This document shows positions 55,265 to 63,582 of a stretch of DNA of 64,000 nt, piece after piece (position 1 is the stretch's first letter; each line of letters begins with the position of its first letter). Origin of the DNA: Candidatus Xenobia bacterium. Lineage in GTDB: Bacteria > Vulcanimicrobiota > Xenobia > Xenobiales > QWHO01. Where the stretch lies: the NCBI GenBank assembly GCA_045863235.1, contig BTUM01000004.1, positions 146,982 through 210,981 of the forward strand. The letters run 5' to 3'. A program made the translations under genes and the position numbers. The notes below the pieces were generated by a model that searched no databases, had not been told where the DNA came from, and worked only from the letters and a program-made list of their open reading frames with translations.

Positions 55265-57064
55265 ATGCCCCGTCCGCTCTGGGCCCTTTGCGCGCTTTTG
55301 CTGCTGGCCTGCAGTCTGGCCTCGCCTCCCCCGGCCGCGGTCGCTCCGCCAACCGTGCCCGGCTTGGAGGTCAGCCTGGTGGTGGGGCCGTTCGACCTTC
55401 ATCGGCGCTACCGCTCGATGGAAGGACCCTACGTCATGGAAACGGTGCGCATCTCGGACCTGGTCGACCGCAAGGAGACCGTGCTCGGGCCCGGGCAGGT
55501 CAAGTACGTGGAGGGGGGCTTTCAGCCGAGCATGCAGGGGGCCTGTAAAGAGCCCGTCCCTGATCCGTCAAAAGTGGCGGCCCGCCGGCGCAAGCTGTAC
55601 TGGGTCAAGTCGTTCAGCCTGGACGTGCTGGACGAGAAGGGCAATCCGATGCCCTCGGCCGAGTTCATCTGCCACATGAACCTGGATGTGAACGGCGACT
55701 TCCGCGATCGCATCTTTCCCGAGAGCGAGCCCTGCGGAAACGAGCGCCTTCTCACCCTGACCCAGGGCCAGACCACGGTCACCTTCCCCAAAGGGTTCGC
55801 TTTGCCGGTGGCCTCCGACGAGCAGTGGACCTTCACGTTCCAGGCCGCCAACCGGACCACCGACGAGCATCGACTGCTGCGTCACCGCCTGCGCATCGAG
55901 CTCGTGGAGGACAAGGACCTGCTCGAGCCTATCCAGCCGCTGGCCTGGATCACCCCCTACCTGTCGGTGGTGGTGGACAAGAACTCGCCCGAGGCGGCGG
56001 CCCGCGAGAAGAAGGAGATGCCGGGCTGCCTGCCCACCTCGGTGGGGCTGGCGGCGCCCAACTCGGTGCCGGGGACGCTTTTCGACAGCTGGTGCGGACA
56101 ACGTCGCACCGGACACTGGGTGGTGCCGCCAGGTCGCCACACCTACCAGTCGGCCCTGCCCGAGATCCGCTCCCACCAGGAGCGCGTTCTTCGCCTGGTG
56201 TGGAGCCACGTGCACCCCCTCATGGAGTCGGTCTCGCTGATCCGGTGCGGCAACCGCCAGCCCATCTTCACCGTGAAAGCCAGCACTCGCACCAAAGGCG
56301 GGCTCGAGCTGGAGAGCATCGAGCTCTTGTCCTGGCCTCAAGGCCTGAAGCTACCCCGTGACGAGCACTTCGAGCTACAGAGCGTCTACAACAACACCAC
56401 GCCCTCCCCTCAGGACAGCATGGTCGCTCTGGGAGTCTTCTTCGACGATACCAAATTTGCCCGGCCGGCCTGGGTGCTGGAGAACCAGAACGAGGACGTC
56501 AATTGTAGCGTGCCGGTAAGCCAGCTGTCGCAGCCGGTCAATGAGATCCCCCTCTTCGATGTGGCCAGCGATGGCCCGCTGCTCGAGACGCCAAAGCGTC
56601 TCGAGCTGGAAACCTCGGAGGGCAGGCTCCGGCTGGTGCTCGATCCAAAGCTCGCTCCCGTGCACGCCACCCAGATTTACCGCCTGCTGACCTCCGGGGT
56701 GTACGACCAGACGCCCTTCACCCGCTATGAGCGCGGCTTCGTGCTGCAGACGGCCAACGCCGAGCAAAAGCTGGAGGGATCGGCTCTCACGGCCGAGCAG
56801 AGCGGGCTGCTGCGCCGCCTGCCGCTGGAGGCTCGACCTGAGGCGCTGCACAAGACCAACTTCCTCAGCATGGCCCGCTACGAGGACCCGACCTCGGCCG
56901 TCTCGTCCTTCTCGATCTTGCTCGGCCCGGCGTCTCACCTGGACGGGGAATACACCGTGTTCGGCTGGGTCGAGTCCGACCCCATCAGCCAGGTGACCCT
57001 CAAGGCCCTGACCGACAACTTCCAGCCAGACACGGTAGCCATCAAGTCGGTGCGCAAGATCTAA
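55265..57064 (+). CDS. Exported protein with copper-monooxygenase-like region and C-terminal cyclophilin-like domain
   Basis: Signal/lipobox-like LLLAC; HVH...YNN....DSM; C-terminal 'TSEG.L...L....AP.H', 'GFVLQ', 'LSMAR', 'HLDGEYTVFG.V'. Confidence 0.7.
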   Translation: MPRPLWALCALLLLACSLASPPPAAVAPPTVPGLEVSLVVGPFDLHRRYRSMEGPYVMETVRISDLVDRKETVLGPGQVKYVEGGFQPSMQGACKEPVPDPSKVAARRRKLYWVKSFSLDVLDEKGNPMPSAEFICHMNLDVNGDFRDRIFPESEPCGNERLLTLTQGQTTVTFPKGFALPVASDEQWTFTFQAANRTTDEHRLLRHRLRIELVEDKDLLEPIQPLAWITPYLSVVVDKNSPEAAAREKKEMPGCLPTSVGLAAPNSVPGTLFDSWCGQRRTGHWVVPPGRHTYQSALPEIRSHQERVLRLVWSHVHPLMESVSLIRCGNRQPIFTVKASTRTKGGLELESIELLSWPQGLKLPRDEHFELQSVYNNTTPSPQDSMVALGVFFDDTKFARPAWVLENQNEDVNCSVPVSQLSQPVNEIPLFDVASDGPLLETPKRLELETSEGRLRLVLDPKLAPVHATQIYRLLTSGVYDQTPFTRYERGFVLQTANAEQKLEGSALTAEQSGLLRRLPLEARPEALHKTNFLSMARYEDPTSAVSSFSILLGPASHLDGEYTVFGWVESDPISQVTLKALTDNFQPDTVAIKSVRKI

Positions 57065-57088
57065 AAGCGAAGCGGCCGGCCCCCAGGA

Positions 57089-58135
57089 TCAGCCCAGAGC
57101 CTTCAAACGGAACCAGAAGCTGGCCCCCTGGCCGGGCTCGCTCTCCACCCCGATGCGCCCACCGTGAGCCTCTACCACCGTGCGGGCCACCGAAAGGCCC
57201 AGGCCCGTGCCGCCGAGTTCGGAGGCGGGGCCAGTCTCGACCCGGTAGAAGGCGTCGAAGATGCGCGGATGCTCAGCCGGCTCGATGCCGATGCCGGTAT
57301 CGGTGACGCTGACCAGCAACTCACCGTTCTCGGCTGAGGCCGTAACGGTGACCGTGCCTTCGCCCACCAGCCCGGTAAACTTCAAAGCGTTGTCGATCAG
57401 GTTGTCGAGCACCCGGCGAATCTGCTCCTGGTCCACCTCGACGAGCGGCAGGCCGCCACTCACCTCGTTGACCAGGCGGATGTTCTTCTCCTCGGCCGTG
57501 TCCTGGAACAGGGCCAGCGAGCCCTCCACCAGCGAGATCAGTTGCACCGGGCGCAGGTTGAGACGAGGGGTCTGATCGGGCTGAGCCGCCCCTTCCAGCG
57601 AGAGAACCAGGCGGGTGAGCCGGTTGGTCTCCTCATTGATGACCTGCAGGAAGCGCCGGGTGATCTCGGCGTTCTGGTAGGCCCCCTCGAGCAGGGTCTC
57701 AACAAAGCCCTTGATGGCCGTGAGCGGCACCTTGAGCTGGCGGGTCACGTCGGTGACGAACTGCTCGATGCTCTTTTCGATCTTCTGCATGCCGGCCATG
57801 TCCTTGAGGGTGGCCACCACGCCGGTGTTACGCCCTTCGGAGTAAACCGGCAGCAACTGGGCCACGAAGAGCCGGTCACCGGGGAAGACGACCATCTGCT
57901 CCTTGGGCACGGGATCGCTCTCGTTGACCAGGGTCGAGAGGGCCCGGGTGAAATCGTCGATAGGCAGCACGTCCCACAGCTTCTTGTCGATCGCCTTGCG
58001 AGCGTCGACCCCGAAGAGCTCGGCCGCTTTGGGGTTGAGGAACCGGATGCGACTGGATTTATCCACGCCCAGGGCAGGGTCGGACAGCCCTTCGATCAGG
58101 GCGTCGACAAGCTGGCCTCCGACGCGCTTGGCCAT
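57089..58135 (-). CDS. Soluble PAS-domain histidine-kinase-like protein lacking the H-box His (probable pseudokinase)
   Basis: PAS (N..A..LFG); DHp FVTDVTRQLKVPLTAIKGFVETL; N box NLIDNALKF, G1 DTGIGI, F box IFDAFYR, G2 GGTGLGL. Confidence 0.88.
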   Translation of the reverse strand: MAKRVGGQLVDALIEGLSDPALGVDKSSRIRFLNPKAAELFGVDARKAIDKKLWDVLPIDDFTRALSTLVNESDPVPKEQMVVFPGDRLFVAQLLPVYSEGRNTGVVATLKDMAGMQKIEKSIEQFVTDVTRQLKVPLTAIKGFVETLLEGAYQNAEITRRFLQVINEETNRLTRLVLSLEGAAQPDQTPRLNLRPVQLISLVEGSLALFQDTAEEKNIRLVNEVSGGLPLVEVDQEQIRRVLDNLIDNALKFTGLVGEGTVTVTASAENGELLVSVTDTGIGIEPAEHPRIFDAFYRVETGPASELGGTGLGLSVARTVVEAHGGRIGVESEPGQGASFWFRLKALG

Positions 58136-58148
58136 CGGGGCTTAGCGG

Positions 58149-58844
58149 CTACTCGGACTCCTCGAACTGGAACTTGTAGCCGATGCCGTGCACGGTCTTG
58201 AGCAGCTTGGGCGAGGAAGGCTCGTCCTCGATCTTCTGGCGCAGGCGGCGCATGTGCACGTCCACGGTTCGAGTGTCGCCGAGATAGTCGTAGCCCCACA
58301 ACTGCTCGAGCAAGAAGTCGCGAGTGAAGACCTTGCCCGGGTTGGTGGCCATCAGCTTCAGAAGGTCGAATTCCTTGGGCTTGAGCTCGACTTCCTTGCC
58401 GTTCTTGCGGACCTCGTGCTTGACGAGATTGATGGACAGGTTGTCGAAGCTGAGCTCGTCTTTCTCCTCGGCCTTGCCCGAGGTGCGGCGCAGCACCGCC
58501 TTGACGCGGGCCACCAGCTCGCGGGGGGAGAAGGGCTTGGGGACGTAGTCGTCAGCGCCCAGCTCGAGACCGAGGATCTTGTCGATCTCCTCGCCCTTGG
58601 CAGTGGCCATGATAATGGGGGTCTTCATCTCGCGGCGCAGGATACGGGTCACCTCGAGCCCCCCCTGGCCGGGCAGCATGATGTCGAGGATGATGAGGTC
58701 GGGACGGTCCTGCTTGGCAATGTTGACCGCCTCGATGCCGTCATAGGCGCAGATGACCTCGTAGCCCTCTTTCTCGAGGTTGTACTTGATCAATTCCACG
58801 ATGTTGCGCTCGTCATCCACGACGAGGATGCGTTCTTTGGCCAT
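58149..58844 (-). CDS. OmpR/PhoB-family response regulator (WalR/PhoP-like)
   Basis: VVDDE, LDIMLP (phospho-Asp), TAK, GADDY..KPF, WGYDY.GDTRTVDVH.RRLR.KIE. Confidence 0.96.
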   Translation of the reverse strand: MAKERILVVDDERNIVELIKYNLEKEGYEVICAYDGIEAVNIAKQDRPDLIILDIMLPGQGGLEVTRILRREMKTPIIMATAKGEEIDKILGLELGADDYVPKPFSPRELVARVKAVLRRTSGKAEEKDELSFDNLSINLVKHEVRKNGKEVELKPKEFDLLKLMATNPGKVFTRDFLLEQLWGYDYLGDTRTVDVHMRRLRQKIEDEPSSPKLLKTVHGIGYKFQFEESE

Positions 58845-58960
58845 TTGACCGTCCTCTCTCCGCAACTGGCCGTCGAAACGGCGCCCGAGCGAGCCTCGTG
58901 AATGCCTGTGCTGCCCGCTCCCGATGAAACCCATTCAACATGGGACCGACCGGATTCCTG

Positions 58961-59108
58961 CTAGCAGAGTGATGCAAAAGTCCTCGAAGGGGGCTTTTGC
59001 ATCATCCTGCGCTCAACAGATTGTGTAGCAGGCTGATGCCCTCCACAATATCTTGTGGTGGCGGAGCTTTGCTTCGACACCACAACCGGTTTTGCATCAG
59101 CCTGCTAG
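58961..59108. repeat. 148-bp intergenic element with four alternating-orientation copies of (TA)GCAGnnTGATGC(AAAA), forming two long hairpins
   Basis: Copies at 58961-58979(+), 58995-59010(-), 59026-59039(+), 59090-59108(-). Confidence 0.75.
59011..59058. promoter_or_regulatory. Tandem NrdR-box-like palindromes
   Basis: GCTCAACAGATTGTGT (59011) and CCACAATATCTTGTGG (59043), 32 bp apart; consensus acaCwAtATaTwGtgt. Confidence 0.5.
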
Positions 59109-59875
59109 CCGGGAAGGATGGCAGCCACCATGCGACCGGTATGCCCCCGGTCGCGACGATAGGAAAAAAATAGATCCTGACGACAGGCGGTGCACAGATC
59201 GCCCACCACGATGTTGTCCGGCCGCACTCCCGAGCGCACCAGCAAGAGCCAGTTCGCCCGCCACAGGTTGATCCGCCACTTTGTTCCCGCGCTCACAACC
59301 AAATCCTCCCCCGGAAAACGACCCTCGAAAGGTCCCGCCACGTCGGCGTCCACCTCGAAACAACACGGCCCGATGGCTGGCGCGATGGCCACTTTGACCT
59401 CTTCGGGGCGCGTTCTATAGTGTTTTTGCATGGTCTGGAGCGTGGTCAGGGCCACGCCGGCCACGGTGCCGCGCCAGCCGGCGTGAGCCAGAGCCACGGC
59501 CCGGTTCGCGGGGTCGTGGTAGAAGATGGGCACGCAGTCGGCCGTGGTCAGGCTCAGCCCCACCTCGGGATTGTCCGTGGTGCAGGCATCCCCCACCATC
59601 CGGTCCTCCAGCGGGCGCTCCACCACGGCGACCTCGACACCGTGCTCCATGCGCAGGGTGGGTCGAGCGGCAAAGCCCACGTGCTCATCGAATCGGGCCT
59701 GGTTCTCGGACACCGCCTCGCGCTCGTCGGTGGTCAGCCAGCCCAGGTTGAGGGCCGAGAAGCTACCCTGGCTGACCCCACCCAGGCGGGTCGAAAAGCC
59801 ATGGGGCACCTGAAGGTGAGGAAAAACCACCGTGGTGACCCCGTGCGGGCCGTGCTGGCGCAACTGGTAGCTCAT
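59105..59875 (-). CDS. pgeF: Peptidoglycan editing factor PgeF/YfiH (purine nucleoside phosphorylase, laccase-domain)
   Basis: HGFSTR.GGVS, LNLG, TADCVP, HAGWRG, IGPCCFEV, CT.C....FFSYRR....TGR. Confidence 0.95.
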   Translation of the reverse strand: MSYQLRQHGPHGVTTVVFPHLQVPHGFSTRLGGVSQGSFSALNLGWLTTDEREAVSENQARFDEHVGFAARPTLRMEHGVEVAVVERPLEDRMVGDACTTDNPEVGLSLTTADCVPIFYHDPANRAVALAHAGWRGTVAGVALTTLQTMQKHYRTRPEEVKVAIAPAIGPCCFEVDADVAGPFEGRFPGEDLVVSAGTKWRINLWRANWLLLVRSGVRPDNIVVGDLCTACRQDLFFSYRRDRGHTGRMVAAILPG

Positions 59876-61533
59876 GGCCGAACCGAGCGCGCCAGGTCGC
59901 GCACCAGCCGCTCGGGCGACCAGCTGGCCCCCAGGTGGTCCCAGGGCTGCGGTTCGCCCGGGTCGCGCTGGCGGTAGACCAGCTCCTGCAGCGAAAGGCC
60001 GCAGCGCTCGAGAGCCTGCAGCCAGCCACGGAACGTGGGCCGGCGGTAGACCTCCAGCAAGACCGCCCCCAGTCGCCGATCGCCCCGAGCGAGCAGACCC
60101 TCGATCAAGCCGACTTTGGGTGACTCGGAGTTGACCCGCACGCCCCCCACCTTGGCCAGCGCCTTCTGGACCCGCTTCATGCGCTCCTCGGCCAGCTTCG
60201 TGTCGGCCATTCCGGCCCACTGGAACGGGGTGAGGGGCTTGGGCACGAAGATCCCCAGCCCCAGCGTCACCACGGCGTCCTTCTGCAGGGCACGGGTTCC
60301 CTTGACGAGCTCCACCAGGGCGTCGATATCGTGGTCGCGCTCGTGGGGCAGCCCCACCATCGAGTACATCTTGATCTTCTTGATCCCGGCCTGGAAGGCG
60401 CGCCGGGCGGCATCGTAGTACTGAGCATCGGTAAAGCGTTTGTTGATCGCCTTGCGCAGTTCCTCCGAGCCTGTCTCGGGAGCCAGCGTCAGGCTGCGCG
60501 TGCCCCCCTCGACCATGGCCGTCAACAGCTCGTCGGGCAACTGATCGGCCCGCAGCGAGGAGAACGAGACGGGGATGCGGTTGCTGCGGAGGCGCTCGCA
60601 GAGCGAGGCGATATCGGGATGATTGCCCACCGTGGCCGATACCAGGCCCACCCTCTGGAAATCGAGGCCTCCTGCCCGGGCGCGCTCGACCGCCTCCCAG
60701 ATGCGGTCGAGCGGCTTCCAGCGCACCTTGGGATAGGAGAAACCCACGGTGCAGAAGCGGCAGACGTAGGGGCAACCGCGCGAGACCTCCAGAAGTAGCG
60801 ATCGGGCGAACTCGGTATCCTCGGTCAGAACCAGCGAGTGGGTCTCCTGGCGGGCGAACTCATCGGCCGAAATGTAAGTCTTGGCGATGGCCGCCGGTGG
60901 CTCGAAACCCGCAAAGCGCCCGCCCTCGTAGAGCGGCCGATAGAGCGAGGGGACATAGAACCCGGGAATGGCGGCGATGGCCTCGAGCTGCTGGTTGCGG
61001 GGCTGTCCGCGGGTGCGGCGCATGCACTCGACCAGCTCCTCCACCCGGCCCTCGGCCTCGCCCACGCAGAACACGTCCACGAAGTCGGCGATGGGCTCGG
61101 GGTTGAGCAGCGTCAGGGCGCCGCCTACCAGCACCAGGGGATGGTCCTGACCGCGCTCGGAGCTCTTCAGCTTCAGCCCGGATAGCTCCAGCATGCGCAG
61201 AAAATGAACGTAGTCCGGCTCGTAGGCCAGCGTGAAACCCACCAGGTCGAACTCCCCCACCGGCCGCTGGCTCTCCAGTGTGAACAACCGCCGCCCGCAC
61301 TGCTCGTACTCCTCGAGCTCGTCAGGGTCGGGCAAAAAGAAGCGCTCGCAGGAGACTCCCGGAATGCGGTTGAGAAAACCGTAGACCACCTGCAGCCCGA
61401 GATTGGACATACCCACGAAGTACGTGTTGGGGTAGCCCAGGGCCACCCTCACGTCGCCCCCGGCGGAGGGTCGGACCAGGGCCGTCTCGCGCCCCAGGCG
61501 GCGCTCGGCATTTTGAATCAGCTTCCAGGACAT
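59872..61533 (-). CDS. Radical SAM protein with N-terminal B12-binding-like domain
   Basis: YPNTY.VGMSNLG, EVSRGCPYVCRFC (CxxxCxxC), SSLRAD, TLAPETGS, FVPKP.TPFQW. Confidence 0.92.
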   Translation of the reverse strand: MSWKLIQNAERRLGRETALVRPSAGGDVRVALGYPNTYFVGMSNLGLQVVYGFLNRIPGVSCERFFLPDPDELEEYEQCGRRLFTLESQRPVGEFDLVGFTLAYEPDYVHFLRMLELSGLKLKSSERGQDHPLVLVGGALTLLNPEPIADFVDVFCVGEAEGRVEELVECMRRTRGQPRNQQLEAIAAIPGFYVPSLYRPLYEGGRFAGFEPPAAIAKTYISADEFARQETHSLVLTEDTEFARSLLLEVSRGCPYVCRFCTVGFSYPKVRWKPLDRIWEAVERARAGGLDFQRVGLVSATVGNHPDIASLCERLRSNRIPVSFSSLRADQLPDELLTAMVEGGTRSLTLAPETGSEELRKAINKRFTDAQYYDAARRAFQAGIKKIKMYSMVGLPHERDHDIDALVELVKGTRALQKDAVVTLGLGIFVPKPLTPFQWAGMADTKLAEERMKRVQKALAKVGGVRVNSESPKVGLIEGLLARGDRRLGAVLLEVYRRPTFRGWLQALERCGLSLQELVYRQRDPGEPQPWDHLGASWSPERLVRDLARSVRP

Positions 61534-61589
61534 CGGCTCGAGGGCAAGAAAAGCCCGGCCCAGTATACCACAACGGGAGTCTTACTCGA

Positions 61590-62156
61590 ATGAGAATCAA
61601 CCGCGTCGTCACCAAAACCGGGGACCAGGGCGAGACGGCCCTGATCGGAGGCACGCGGGTGGGCAAGGACTCGCTGCGCATCTCCGCCTGCGGCGACGTG
61701 GACGAGCTCAACTCGTGCCTGGGCCTGGCAGCCGCCTGGATCAAGGACGACAGCATTCGAGACCTGCTCCTCCCCATCCAGAACCGGCTTTTCACCGTGG
61801 GGGCCGACGTCAACTCTCCGGCGGCGGTGCGGGTGCCCCGGGTGACGAGCGAGCACGTCAGCGAGCTCGAGCAGGTCATGGAAGGCCTGATGGACGAGCT
61901 GCCTCCGTTGGAAGAGTTCATCCTGCCCGGCGGAGGCCCCGGTGGCGCCGCCCTGCACCTGGCGCGCACCGTGGCCCGCCGGGCCGAGCGGACGGTGGTG
62001 GCCCTGTCGCGCGCGGAGGAGACCAACGCCCAGGCTCTGATCTACCTCAACCGCCTGAGCGACTTTCTGTTCGTGCTGGCCCGGGTGGCCAACAAGCGTG
62101 CCGGCGAGGGCGAGACCCTGGCCAACTTCTCGGAGCGCAAGAAGTCCGTTGATTGA
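61590..62156 (+). CDS. pduO: ATP:cob(I)alamin adenosyltransferase, PduO type
   Basis: TKTGD.GET, GDVDELNS, FILPGG, RRAER, YLNRLSD.LF..AR. Confidence 0.95.
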   Translation: MRINRVVTKTGDQGETALIGGTRVGKDSLRISACGDVDELNSCLGLAAAWIKDDSIRDLLLPIQNRLFTVGADVNSPAAVRVPRVTSEHVSELEQVMEGLMDELPPLEEFILPGGGPGGAALHLARTVARRAERTVVALSRAEETNAQALIYLNRLSDFLFVLARVANKRAGEGETLANFSERKKSVD

Positions 62157-62195
62157 ACCAGAATTGGACCCCCTGCTGACCTTCGAGGACCTTCT

Positions 62196-62699
62196 TCAGA
62201 TCCGAAACGACTCGCGCAGCTTATCCAGGCGAGCCTTGTAGCTCGGATAGTCCTTCACGGTGCAGTTGAGATTGATGAGCAGGGCCCGACCCTCAAACGA
62301 GGTGCCCAACATCTCGTTACGGATCTTCTGGTCCACGGCCGCGCTGACGAAGACGAAGCGCAGCCACTTTCTGCCGCCGATGCTCACCAACTCGCTGGAC
62401 TCCCACTCCAGATCGGGGCGCTGCCTCAGGTTGCTCTCCAAGAAGCTCTTGAACTCGGGAAGCTTGGCCGGCTCGAGCTTCGAGGCCGAATGGGTCAGGG
62501 CCACGGTGCAACTCATGGATGGGTTGGCATAGGCTACCTGAGGGGGGTTGGTCGTGGGGAATTTCTGACCGATCTCGGAGGCTGTCATGGCCCGAAAGCC
62601 GTTCGGAAGATCGAACTTGAGCTTGCCTCCAAAGGCCGAATCGGCAGCCGCCAGGGTGAACAGGAGACACCACAGAGTGAGGATTCTGACAGGATGCAT
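62196..62699 (-). CDS. Secreted hypothetical protein (PsbP/DcrB-like fold possible)
   Basis: Signal peptide; 'F.LP.GF..M', 'IGG.K...F.F.S.A.D..I.N'. Confidence 0.65.
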   Translation of the reverse strand: MHPVRILTLWCLLFTLAAADSAFGGKLKFDLPNGFRAMTASEIGQKFPTTNPPQVAYANPSMSCTVALTHSASKLEPAKLPEFKSFLESNLRQRPDLEWESSELVSIGGRKWLRFVFVSAAVDQKIRNEMLGTSFEGRALLINLNCTVKDYPSYKARLDKLRESFRI

Positions 62700-62751
62700 G
62701 GCGGGGAGTTCTGGCTGAGCCACAGATTCCCTGGGCGCTCGGTTCCATCCC

Positions 62752-63426
62752 TCAATCGCGGTAGTTGCCGCTGTTGTAAGGGATCTCAAAGGTAAGGCCC
62801 TCCCCATCCGTGAAGATCTCTCGGTAGAGCTTGCTCTCGGCATAGTTGGCGGAGAGCATCGTAACGGTCACGCCCTCGCGCGGGTTGCTGTGGGGTGCCA
62901 CTTGCGAGTTTGCTCCTGGCAGGTTGCGCAGGTAAAGCATCCGTTCCCGGTGCTCGCACGGTTGCTTGGGACCCTCGACGACGACGCGGTAGCCATCAAC
63001 CTCGGGTCGAATCAGCGAGGCGAAAGCCCGGCCCCGGTAGTCCTGGGTGGGGGTCACATAGACGTCCGGTCCATCGAGGCGCAATCCCTGCACGCCGGGC
63101 AGCTTGGCCACCTGATCCATCCAGGGCAGGAGCGGCTCGGAGATCTGCGTCAGGGTGACGGGGGCGTTGGGTGGAGCGGTGTCATCGACGTAGCCAAAGT
63201 CGGTCTTGACCCCGGCGCCGTTGAGGATGTCCATGGCTGCCTTCAGTGCGAAGGCTTTCTGCTGCTCCTGGAGCATCTCGGGCCTGACCCGCAGAAGCAA
63301 GTCCGGACCGGGGACGCTCCCGGTGAAGCTTTCCTGCTGGAGGGTGTGGTCGGTTGCGGTCGAGTTGGTCCTGGTCGTTGTCGTGCTGCGGAAGGCGGAG
63401 AGGCTTACGGGGCCGATTGTATTCAT
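62752..63426 (-). CDS. Hypothetical protein with Ser/Thr-rich N-terminus
   Basis: MNTIGPVSLSAFRSTTTTRTNSTAT...; TACGGT 6 nt before the ATG. Confidence 0.65.
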   Translation of the reverse strand: MNTIGPVSLSAFRSTTTTRTNSTATDHTLQQESFTGSVPGPDLLLRVRPEMLQEQQKAFALKAAMDILNGAGVKTDFGYVDDTAPPNAPVTLTQISEPLLPWMDQVAKLPGVQGLRLDGPDVYVTPTQDYRGRAFASLIRPEVDGYRVVVEGPKQPCEHRERMLYLRNLPGANSQVAPHSNPREGVTVTMLSANYAESKLYREIFTDGEGLTFEIPYNSGNYRD

Positions 63427-63582
63427 GGGCCCACCGTAGCAGGTGGACCTTTCGCCGATCTTGCGTCCGTCGAAGGGCCTGTGGAAAGCTTGCAAACTTT
63501 AGGAAAGCTTTAGACTCCAAGCCAGGGGGCCAGCAGACAAGCCGGAAAATACTGATCAGACGATCCACGAGGAGTGATGACG

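Noticed and set aside
58961..59108. 6S RNA or oriC
   Set aside because: The rod is only about 80 nt, and there are no good TTATCCACA DnaA boxes or AT-rich unwinding element.
59875..60775. Long N-terminal extensions in the ORF track for pgeF (also manB, the DUF4185-like gene, the 46668 ORF and the SPFH-like ORF)
   Set aside because: The extensions overlap upstream genes in another frame; ATGA/GTGA overlaps or RBSs give better starts, and I see no evidence of programmed frameshifting.
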